Positions 47,501 to 55,482 of a DNA stretch of 56,240 bases are shown here, one piece after another. The first letter of the stretch is position 1. Each line of letters begins with the position of its first letter. The stretch comes from an uncultured Thermoplasmata archaeon. GTDB taxonomy: Archaea > Thermoplasmatota > Poseidoniia > MGIII > CG-Epi1. The stretch spans positions 1 through 56,240 of the forward strand of contig CAXEHI010000038.1 of the NCBI GenBank assembly GCA_963996465.1, given 5' to 3'. Position numbers and translations under genes: made by a program. The notes below the pieces were generated by a model. That model made no database searches. It was given only the letters and a program-made list of their open reading frames with translations, and was not told the origin of the DNA.

Positions 47501-50500
47501 GATGCACACAATGGTTACATCTACTCAGCAGAGGCATACACCTCATCAGTTTCATACGGCAGTGATGCTTGTGATGACAATGGTGTTAGTGGCGGTTGTG
47601 ACTTATTCAGAATGGCCATAGGTTCAGATTCTGGCGAAAGCTGGGGATTAATGCATGAGTGGGGCGGTAGCGGCGGAGACGCAGTTCACTCAGTAACTGG
47701 TTCAATTTCAGTTAGTGATGACCGTGTACTCGTATCTACTGGTTATTTCAGTGACAGTGATTATGCAAACACTGAACTCAAAGTTGTCGAATATGAAATG
47801 GGCGAATATGCAGTATCTGACGGAGAGGTTCTAGATTATTGCTGGTCGAATTACAACTATGGAATTCCATCATGTAATGCAATGGGTGCAAACGAAAGAA
47901 CATTCGAGTTCACCTATGCAGGAACTGCTCCAGGTCTAACATTGACTGCTGAAGTAGATTACTGGTACGGCGAAGGTAGCTACAATATTCTCTTAGAAGA
48001 TGGTAGTTATTACTTCAACGGTTTCCAGACTTTCTCTAGTCCTTACGGCATCAATACACACGACATAAGTGATCTTCCAGCCGGTTCTCACGGCATGGTC
48101 ATTCGTGACAGCTATGGAGATGGTGGTCAGCAGGGTTCAATAACATGTGATGGCTGTACCTACGGTGGAGCTTTCACAGCAGAATATGGTCTAGCACCAC
48201 CTTCACAGAGTTACTTGATGTCACCAGCAGCAGATTTATCTGATGCAGTAGGTGATGTAACATTGACTTTCGATCACTCATATCAATTCTATGAGACATA
48301 CGATGGTGCATACTTAGAAGTTACAAACGATGGTGGAGAGACTTGGGCACTAGTTGAACCGGATGGAGGATATACTGGAGTTATTTCAGACAGTCCTGTC
48401 GCTGGCTCAACTGGATGGACAGGTCCAGGACCAAATGACGCAGGCGCAACTTCTGGAGATTATGAATCCGTATCTGTTGACTTGACATCATATGCAGGCG
48501 ACACGATACACATGCGATGGACACTCGGTTGGAGTGCCTTGCAGGATGCTGACTTCAACGGTTGGTACAGATTAGACAATGTCGTTATTTCTCAGGAAGT
48601 ATTGGACACGCCATTCGCTACATTGAATTCCAATTCAGGAACTGTATCAGGTCAAGGAGGCATGGGTGGATTTATTCTACCAGGATTCGTTCCAGCAGAT
48701 CACGGTCTTGCAGCAGGAGATGATTTCTACTTCAAGGCAACAGTATCTTACGACAATGCTGCTGAAGATGAAGATCTAAGCAATAATCATATGGTCTCTC
48801 ATCACACAGTAACACCTTCACACGATATCTTCTATAACTTCGATTACACCGGCACAGCTGGTGCAGGTTGGGATCTAGGTTCTCAGGAATACTTCTCCAA
48901 TCGAGATCTCGAAGTCGATTTCGATTGTGCTGGTCTAGCATACAGTGGTAATGATTGTATCAATTTCGGAACTCATGCTAACGCACACGGTACCGATCAA
49001 GATACACCATTCCAAGGACACGGTTTCCCATGGGTTATGTCTCCAGTTTTCAATCTGGATGTAGCCTATGAAGCAACTTTATCCTACAGAGAGAACTACT
49101 ACGCATACGGTACAACTTATCTAAATCAGATGAACCCAACACTCGTTGAGATAACAACCGATGGAGGTCTAACTTGGGACCTAGTCGGCGAATCAGGCTC
49201 ATGTGGAATAGGTTGGTGTATGTCTGATGGATATGAATTGGTAACAATGGATCTTTCGCCTTTCGTTGGCGGTGAGGAATCTCAACTAAGATTTACCATG
49301 CAATGGGGTCCAGGACCACGTCTTGCTGAGTATACTCAAATAGATGATGTATCCATTGATTTCTCTGCTCACGACAATAACATGAGAGCAGGCATTGATG
49401 CAGATACTGAAAGATATCTAGTTGGTGAAACATCTAACTTCATATCTACAGTAAGAAACCACGGTCTATTGGATCAAGTTGGTTCAAACATTGACGCATC
49501 TCTAACATTAGGTACAATAGATGAGAATGTCAAATATGATACCACTGGATGGGAGAACTGGGACGTTGATAATGCAGGTAGCGGTTGGACTTATCCAGGT
49601 AGAGATGATGATGGTAGTGTTATTTCAGGATGGGGTCCATCTGCTGGAGGCAGTAGTGGATTCGGTCCGGGTGTACAGGTACTAAATGCAGGTACATACA
49701 CACTAACTGATATGGCATCTCCTAAGATGAACATACACCACAAATATCAATTCTCATGGTTTAACGGAGCATACGACAACGCCTACGCATACGCAGGCGG
49801 TCAAGTGCAAGTAACCACTGACGACCCAAGTGCAGGACCAGTGTCATTATTTGGTGGAGTACAGGGTGGCGTTCCAGCTAACAGCTGTACATGGGATTAT
49901 GGAATAGCTGCAGACGCAGGTTCATACATGATAAAGATGTGGGACAGCTATGGTGACGGATGGAACTGGGCAGGTACTTCAGGTTCAGTTAACGTCTACA
50001 ACTCAGCTAATGGAATGTTAATAGCTTCACTTTCAGACTCCGCTTATTGGAGTTACATCGAATCCGAATTCGAATTCGGTGGCGGTTCAGTAGATATCTC
50101 TGCATGTGGTGACTATTGGGCACCATACGAAGGTACTTACGACGTAACAAGTGTAGCTCAAGGAGCAAATTGGGTTGCTTTGGAACCAGACCGTGGCTAT
50201 GATGGTCAATGTAACGGCGCTTACCAAGGCTCAGCAGATCCAAACGTTTGTGACACAGACGCTTTCATTCACCAGAGTGGTGACTGTGGCGATTCCTGCG
50301 GCGGTCTCTGGATTGAAGACACCTTCGATCTAAGTGCTTACCTCGGTGAGACAGTTCATATCAGATTCTATGCTGGTATCGATCAGTACGTTTGGGCTAG
50401 TGACAATGTTCAGTGGATGATTGATGATTTCTCAATCATGGCAACTTCACTTGTAGCAAGTCCAGGTTATCCAATATCTTTGGATGTTCCTGACTTAGCA

Positions 50501-53500
50501 AGAGCAGAAGAAGCAACATTCAGCAATTCCTGGACGGTTATGCCAGGTGAATGGACAGCTAGAACAGAAGCTTGTCTATCAGATGCTGCCGATTGTGACG
50601 ACTATCTCCAAGATAGCAGAGCAGACACAAGTTTCGATTCTTACTTCGTACACACTATGAATGGTGCTGAAGAAGAAACGGAATCAACATTCTCTCAGGG
50701 CGCTTCCGCTACTTCAATGATAGGTGGTCCATATGGATTCAGCTATCCAACAGACAGTAACTTTGGAAACGCTATATCTTGTAGCTGGGGTCCACCTTCA
50801 GCAGGTTACTACTTCTGGGGCCGAACCTTTGAGGACGTTCAATTGGACGCAGGCCAGTATGTAGCAATAATGCAAGATAGCTTCGGTGACGGATGGAACT
50901 ACTACGGTTTCGCCGGTGGAGTTGAAATTACAGATTCCAGTGGCAATGTAATAGCTTCAGACACTTTCCCATCAGGAACACTTAAGGAAGTATACTTCAA
51001 CGTAGTTGGCGGTACTTACGACATTACCTTCTGTTCTGATTATTGGGGATACTGGGAAGCTACTTACGATGTTACAGATGTAGTTGAAGCTTCAACAACT
51101 GTAATGACCTACAACACAGGTTGGAGTTCAGAGACAGTTTCAGGAGAAGCAGCTTTCGAACCTAGCTCATACAGATCCAGTGATGGAGACATGTCTTGGT
51201 TCCTAACTGATGACGGAGCAGGCGCAGATAATGTAAGACTAGTTTCAGCACCTATAGATTTGACTGGTGCAACCCACGCTATCTTAACCTTCGAGCATCA
51301 ATATAATTTCGCAGCCGGTGACGGTGGTGGAGTTATTGAGATAAGTGCAGACGGTGGAACTACATGGGAGAGATTGACACCAACAGCAGGTCACGGATAC
51401 AGTGGAACTGTTGACGGTAGCGGCGATAACCCATTACCATACAACACCCAAGCATTCGCAGGCACTGGTACAGGTTATTACTCATCTGACGATTGGTACT
51501 ACACAGAAGCTACAATCAACAACTATGTTGGTCAGGAAGTTCTCATATCCTTTATGTTCGGTGGAGACAATGCCGACGATCCAGGTTATGAGAGATACAT
51601 GAACTATGGATTCTACTACTACAACTGGTGGTTCATAGACAACATCAAGATGTTGACTAGAGGAGCTGGAATAGAAATGGTCAGTAACTACATGTCATAC
51701 AGAGCGGGCGTTGGTGAAACAGCCTCACTCCAGATGGCCTTCGCTAACATTGGTGAAGGAGATGTAGGTGACGAAATTGGCGCACTAACTGTCGAAGCAT
51801 ATGTTGAGACAGATAGAGGTGAAGCAGTTTGGTCCAGTACACAAACTATTTCCGACTTAGCCTTCGGTGCTAACACCGGTCTAATGGGCTTCCAATCTGA
51901 CGCATTGAACACTCCAGGTATGTACACAATAGGTGTAAGAATACTCGATAGCAACGGCGAACAATTCTCTGATGCATTCGGTAAGAAATCATGGAGTCAC
52001 ATGCTTCTAGTAGGTATGAATGCAGGTTTCGGTGTCTGGTATGATTACGGCCAAGGCGGCTGTCTATCACCACTGGATCCAAACTTCGATCAGACTTGTA
52101 ACACAGAGATGTCTATGAGCTCAGCTTGGGAAACAGGCTGTGGACCAATGAACGACTTCACATATTCCGGTTGTATGAACCAATTCGGTCAATCTTACAA
52201 CTACTTGAACCTAAATGGTGACACTGAGGAATTGAGAACACCGTTCGTTCCACTATGGAGTGAAGATTCATATCTGATGTTCTGGCTATGGACTGATGTT
52301 TCAGTAGATACAGAAATATCTGTCTGGGCTCACCACATAAACACACTATATGGCGGCTCAACCTCTATTGGCCTAACTGCAATGAACGGCTTCCAACTAC
52401 GTGATGGCGACCACAGTTTGATGGGCGACACAATGTCAGGCTCTTCATACGGTGATGTCTGTACAGTCGAGAATGACTGGACGGGCATGGACGCTTTCTA
52501 CACAGCAGGAGCTGGAAAGTGTGGTTGGACTCCAATCTATGTACACTTGGACAGTAATCCAGTATACAATGAAAACGAGGTCAACTTAGAGTTCGGCGGT
52601 CTGAAATATCAGAACTTCTACTCATTCGGAATTAGAGTAGAGGGTACTTCAGGTACTGTTGGTATCGGTGGTATTGAGATAGTCAATGTCAGAGAATATG
52701 GTATCTTCATCGAGAAGGTAGACTTCAACCAGAGAAGGTATGAAATCTTGCCTGGCGAAACACAGAGTGTCGAGTACTTCAGTGCTAACACTGGTGTATA
52801 TCCAGATCAAGTATTCATTAATCCAGAATTGGTTTCAGGTGACCCTGACTACGATACTTCCGGATGGGGTATCTCCGCATGGGCAAACATGGTGAACGGT
52901 GTCGATTGTGGTACTTTCGCTATGATTTTCGGATTCCCATGGGAAGCATGTCTATGGCCACGTGATTTCGATGGTATTGACGATGGAATTTGGGATGGTA
53001 ATTACGCAGCAGAATACTTCAACTGTGTTTCACCACCATATCTAGGCTGTACAGCTCCTTGGTTACCATACAATTTGGTACCAATTGGTGATCAGTCAGG
53101 TATTTTCATGGCTACAGCTAACTTCGAGGTTACAGCCCCAACATATGATTGGGACACTGGCGAACCAGCAGGTGGTCGCGAAGTATCTCTGTATGCTAAT
53201 GCATTCCAGGTCGCTCTACAAGAGGATCTACCGGAACCAGACATAGCTTCGTTCTACATACCACCATCACAGTTTGAAATCGTGGGAGACCTAGAATTCA
53301 ACAGATGGCAGGTAATCGATTCAGGTGTCGGTCACAAACACTCCGAAGATTCCTTCGGTCACGAACCACACTCTCTAATGATAACAGCTAACGCAGTTAA
53401 CCACGGAAACTACGCTTCCGATGTATTGGTTACCTTCTACGTAGCTGACCCAGACGGAGATGCTCGTGATATTCCAGGTGTTGGTGTAGTCCGAACTACC

Positions 53501-53860
53501 AGAGTAGGCGAAACAAGTATCGACAGAATGGAACCTTACTCAGTTTCAGGAATGACTTATCAGGCTAGCTTCAACTGGCTTGAAGTAACAATGCCAGCAG
53601 GTTCAACCAGAGATTATGCAGACATTACTATGTATGCCGTAATCAACCCTGTGCTTGAATCTCAAGACATTGCTGCAGGTCATGTAATGAATGATGAGTT
53701 CTTCGATGAGAGAGATGACAACTCAGGTACAGGTCAGGTAACTGTTCTAGCAGCTAAGATGGCAACCCCATCCTTCGCTATTGGAATGCTAGGTCTGATC
53801 ATATCAGGATTTGTCTGTGCTTTCGGTGTTGCCAGAATCAACACTCGAGACGAAGAGTAA
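44516..53860 (+). CDS. Giant (3114 aa) secreted, C-terminally membrane-anchored modular surface protein (putative adhesin or cell-envelope protein)
   Basis: Single uninterrupted ORF with an SD. Sec-type signal (KKLAMRLISLVVAVTMVTSGSALLFSYAEA). Acidic and rich in G/S/T/D/Y. Six D-x-[YF]-G-D-G-[GW] modules, four Asp-box (S/T-x-D-G-G-x-T-W) beta-sandwich modules, CARDB-like units, and a C-terminal TM FAIGMLGLIISGFVCAFGV followed by ARINTRDEE. Confidence 0.85.
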   Translation: MQETQMHKGKKLAMRLISLVVAVTMVTSGSALLFSYAEASTGGPDSQGYSWTDSDEAGNENLYSEYFVDCDSLGSDSDSSNDCTSSYIYDDGTVTISLPYSVKYYFADYDSVSVNNNGCLGFGGSPSCSYYDTSPSTSNSGTPKMDVAHDDWYYYSNNAGSTTYGTYIDHTETSHPDHGDGYFVQWTDKCMYGLSSCQMYGEFTFSTALFADGTIVAMYSDWGTGATSSSTIRQDDPVIGLSQGDGSNGLDYRTTNCGTSCNGDLAGGDFAVMFMPPSWALHDLVMDENLVGAEELPENFESQFGAVVKNMGLNDEDNVAVEGTFHHTTLADAMNEIMDADTNLVAGPESGSFGSSDGTYDCYYDAFACSSVTLELPADSVTNQVYQGGYYDCSYNYDLYYGVSESYTDMGIYLVTASDYYGDGGMTVDATDANGNSLGHIGPYDYSDETSFTFTIDGSTATPVEVTASMDSWWWEGCLTIDHTVATAIPGDFRATATDQYSDGGHTITVLDGAGNEMASGCGSSPWSDWWFGDGNGWADGSECSLDFTVTADTLPPVTMRFDSDLYGNEGTFSAYELISSTSDWSHDTVVGEFDHWATSSGSSGTVMASGLKDTYVSGNLFEGNTRMAEGCGYTWAVDYAAGTLFRWTSGSEMSQPTSFDINGIMDVSATTTTYGGTTDATEGSHYQHDADEMCHVTTLVSDGSTYSEVTHYYNADLTGSTDQGNYDWLGSSLDSYGISAMDDSQYRYGFTHNPYGNFDCNGDGSTDYYSYYYYTVLQQGDYVMHFRDDSGDGGTWASAYTSAQGSYGYDWMFKIEDHGDWGYLELGDPVPTDADGDGTIDYYDSAIWFRISNASEGFYMLWCDITMPRTSVEDGTHFVINYAYDEGHTEAFVGDSGNNVIHQIRQDGDTTDVDDIAGLGVNAETTGTTMTSFGDLVVDDDGNVHASMSDDDYVVVRSYNRDSSGFYYTDDLDSDYHEYSYACGTCDTWGATAIDAHNGYIYSAEAYTSSVSYGSDACDDNGVSGGCDLFRMAIGSDSGESWGLMHEWGGSGGDAVHSVTGSISVSDDRVLVSTGYFSDSDYANTELKVVEYEMGEYAVSDGEVLDYCWSNYNYGIPSCNAMGANERTFEFTYAGTAPGLTLTAEVDYWYGEGSYNILLEDGSYYFNGFQTFSSPYGINTHDISDLPAGSHGMVIRDSYGDGGQQGSITCDGCTYGGAFTAEYGLAPPSQSYLMSPAADLSDAVGDVTLTFDHSYQFYETYDGAYLEVTNDGGETWALVEPDGGYTGVISDSPVAGSTGWTGPGPNDAGATSGDYESVSVDLTSYAGDTIHMRWTLGWSALQDADFNGWYRLDNVVISQEVLDTPFATLNSNSGTVSGQGGMGGFILPGFVPADHGLAAGDDFYFKATVSYDNAAEDEDLSNNHMVSHHTVTPSHDIFYNFDYTGTAGAGWDLGSQEYFSNRDLEVDFDCAGLAYSGNDCINFGTHANAHGTDQDTPFQGHGFPWVMSPVFNLDVAYEATLSYRENYYAYGTTYLNQMNPTLVEITTDGGLTWDLVGESGSCGIGWCMSDGYELVTMDLSPFVGGEESQLRFTMQWGPGPRLAEYTQIDDVSIDFSAHDNNMRAGIDADTERYLVGETSNFISTVRNHGLLDQVGSNIDASLTLGTIDENVKYDTTGWENWDVDNAGSGWTYPGRDDDGSVISGWGPSAGGSSGFGPGVQVLNAGTYTLTDMASPKMNIHHKYQFSWFNGAYDNAYAYAGGQVQVTTDDPSAGPVSLFGGVQGGVPANSCTWDYGIAADAGSYMIKMWDSYGDGWNWAGTSGSVNVYNSANGMLIASLSDSAYWSYIESEFEFGGGSVDISACGDYWAPYEGTYDVTSVAQGANWVALEPDRGYDGQCNGAYQGSADPNVCDTDAFIHQSGDCGDSCGGLWIEDTFDLSAYLGETVHIRFYAGIDQYVWASDNVQWMIDDFSIMATSLVASPGYPISLDVPDLARAEEATFSNSWTVMPGEWTARTEACLSDAADCDDYLQDSRADTSFDSYFVHTMNGAEEETESTFSQGASATSMIGGPYGFSYPTDSNFGNAISCSWGPPSAGYYFWGRTFEDVQLDAGQYVAIMQDSFGDGWNYYGFAGGVEITDSSGNVIASDTFPSGTLKEVYFNVVGGTYDITFCSDYWGYWEATYDVTDVVEASTTVMTYNTGWSSETVSGEAAFEPSSYRSSDGDMSWFLTDDGAGADNVRLVSAPIDLTGATHAILTFEHQYNFAAGDGGGVIEISADGGTTWERLTPTAGHGYSGTVDGSGDNPLPYNTQAFAGTGTGYYSSDDWYYTEATINNYVGQEVLISFMFGGDNADDPGYERYMNYGFYYYNWWFIDNIKMLTRGAGIEMVSNYMSYRAGVGETASLQMAFANIGEGDVGDEIGALTVEAYVETDRGEAVWSSTQTISDLAFGANTGLMGFQSDALNTPGMYTIGVRILDSNGEQFSDAFGKKSWSHMLLVGMNAGFGVWYDYGQGGCLSPLDPNFDQTCNTEMSMSSAWETGCGPMNDFTYSGCMNQFGQSYNYLNLNGDTEELRTPFVPLWSEDSYLMFWLWTDVSVDTEISVWAHHINTLYGGSTSIGLTAMNGFQLRDGDHSLMGDTMSGSSYGDVCTVENDWTGMDAFYTAGAGKCGWTPIYVHLDSNPVYNENEVNLEFGGLKYQNFYSFGIRVEGTSGTVGIGGIEIVNVREYGIFIEKVDFNQRRYEILPGETQSVEYFSANTGVYPDQVFINPELVSGDPDYDTSGWGISAWANMVNGVDCGTFAMIFGFPWEACLWPRDFDGIDDGIWDGNYAAEYFNCVSPPYLGCTAPWLPYNLVPIGDQSGIFMATANFEVTAPTYDWDTGEPAGGREVSLYANAFQVALQEDLPEPDIASFYIPPSQFEIVGDLEFNRWQVIDSGVGHKHSEDSFGHEPHSLMITANAVNHGNYASDVLVTFYVADPDGDARDIPGVGVVRTTRVGETSIDRMEPYSVSGMTYQASFNWLEVTMPAGSTRDYADITMYAVINPVLESQDIAAGHVMNDEFFDERDDNSGTGQVTVLAAKMATPSFAIGMLGLIISGFVCAFGVARINTRDEE

Positions 53861-53882
53861 GCAAACCAAACAAACATGGAGA

Positions 53883-53902
53883 GCTGGGCATTTTTGCCCA
53901 GC
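53883..53902 (+). terminator. Perfect 8-bp-stem hairpin (GCTGGGCA-TTTT-TGCCCAGC) 23 nt after the giant-gene stop
   Basis: Read directly: gctgggcatttttgcccagc. A T-rich tract (ctttcttttgt) follows about 15 nt downstream. Confidence 0.5.
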
Positions 53903-53966
53903 AGTCTCCTACGGTCTTTCTTTTGTATAGCGTTAGCTCTGTATTTATTCAGGAGTTAGTTGATTA

Positions 53967-54833
53967 ATGGATTTCTTCTCGCTTTTTTTGATTTTAGTAG
54001 GTCTCTCTACTATTTTTTATTGCTACACTCAAAAGATACCAGCATCTTTATCCTTAGTAATGAGTAATTTTATCATATTTTTTTTCTGGTGGATTGCCGT
54101 ATTACTTTTCGATTATGATGGGCACATTACTTGGAGAGAATTAGGATTCAATCCCTTATTGACATTAAAATATTCTACTCTTTTTTCATTAGAATTATTT
54201 AATCTAAACATTCTTACATTAGTTAGTTCAATGTTCATTCATTCAGGTCCACTTCATCTACTTATGAATATGTTAATTCTTATTTTGATGGGATTACCTT
54301 TTGAAGAACGCGTAGGCGGTCGGGCATTTGTAAAGATATATCTGACTAGCGGACTACTAGGTTCTCTGTTAACAGGACTTTCAGCAATACATTTAGGGAC
54401 TGGAGAGGCAGATAGCTATCACATAGGTGCATCGGGCGCAGTTTTCGGGATAATGGGTGCTTTTGCATATCTATATCCAAGAGATGAAATACCAATGTTA
54501 TTGGGTTTCATATTTCTTCATAGGGTCCCAGTTTTCATTGCTGCAGTGGTATTTGCAGGAGCGGAGACTGCTTTTGTTGTTGCTTCTTCTACAGATAACA
54601 TAGGGCATGATACGCATCTTATTTCATTAGTTATCGGCGCTCTCTTTGCACCATATTTTTTATCTTCAATAACTTCTACTCCGCTCGCAACTTTAGATCA
54701 CTTAGACAAGCTAGCTTCAACTGTTAATTTACAAAAAATTCTAAAGAAAGCTAAAAATGCAGACGAATCGGATGTCCGAGAAGCATGGATTCAAAAATTC
54801 CATGAAGAGATCAAAGAAACTAAAGACGATTAG
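53967..54833 (+). CDS. Rhomboid-family intramembrane serine protease
   Basis: 288 aa, polytopic. HSGPLHLLMNM (H-x4-H-x3-N), GASGAVFGIMGA (catalytic GxSG) and a downstream His (HDTHLISLVIG). AGGAG SD at 53951-53955. Confidence 0.85.
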   Translation: MDFFSLFLILVGLSTIFYCYTQKIPASLSLVMSNFIIFFFWWIAVLLFDYDGHITWRELGFNPLLTLKYSTLFSLELFNLNILTLVSSMFIHSGPLHLLMNMLILILMGLPFEERVGGRAFVKIYLTSGLLGSLLTGLSAIHLGTGEADSYHIGASGAVFGIMGAFAYLYPRDEIPMLLGFIFLHRVPVFIAAVVFAGAETAFVVASSTDNIGHDTHLISLVIGALFAPYFLSSITSTPLATLDHLDKLASTVNLQKILKKAKNADESDVREAWIQKFHEEIKETKDD

Positions 54834-55482
54834 GTGCCGGCACGGCTCTTGATGGGTGTATTTTATTTACATTCAATTTAATCCATTTTTTTATGTCCTT
54901 AATTGAACAGTCACCACCTTCTTGAAACATATTGGTCATTACTTCAGCACCTAGGCCACACGGATTAATTCTGTTAAATTCATTAGGGTCTATTGTTACA
55001 TTTATTGATATTCCATGAAACGAAACCCACCCTTCAATTGATATTCCTATCGATGCTATTTTTTTATCTGTTTTATCTACCCAAACACCAGGTAAATCAG
55101 GCTTTACAGAAGCCTTAATTCCAAAATCCCCTAACAAATCAATTACAAATCCTTCTAGGTGTCTTACCCATCCTCTAACATCTCTGTTACCTTCACCCAT
55201 ATACATTACTGGGTAGAGGACTATTTGTCCAGGTGCATGATATGTCGATTTCCCTCCTCTTTCAATTTCATAAACTGTCAATTTATCATCTATTATCTCG
55301 TTCATTTCACCTCTTCTTCCTAATGTTGCTACGGGATAGTGCTCAACTAGGATAAGTGTATCTTTCCCCTTTCCAATCTTTCTTTGATCACGTATCTTAT
55401 ACATCTCATTTAGACATTCACTGTATTCCATTAGTTCTAAATCTAAAATTTCAACTTTTTTAATTTCAGATTTCATCATCAT
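54820..55482 (-). CDS. lipB: Lipoyl(octanoyl) transferase
   Basis: LILVEHYPVATLGRRG, RGGKSTYHAPGQIVLYP, KKIASIGI (catalytic Lys) and NPCG (Cys). Start taken at the MMMKSE cluster (55482, 55479 or 55476). The tracked 55584 start lies inside the upstream permease gene. Confidence 0.8.
   Translation of the reverse strand: MMMKSEIKKVEILDLELMEYSECLNEMYKIRDQRKIGKGKDTLILVEHYPVATLGRRGEMNEIIDDKLTVYEIERGGKSTYHAPGQIVLYPVMYMGEGNRDVRGWVRHLEGFVIDLLGDFGIKASVKPDLPGVWVDKTDKKIASIGISIEGWVSFHGISINVTIDPNEFNRINPCGLGAEVMTNMFQEGGDCSIKDIKKWIKLNVNKIHPSRAVPAPNRL

Noticed and set aside
43493-53966. Giant-gene locus as a tRNA-Leu-targeted integrated island
   Set aside because: There is no integrase, recombinase or transposase. 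I found no direct repeat of the tRNA-Leu 3' end near 44344-44515 or 53861-53966 by eye. pdxT, a core gene, lies between the tRNA and the giant gene.
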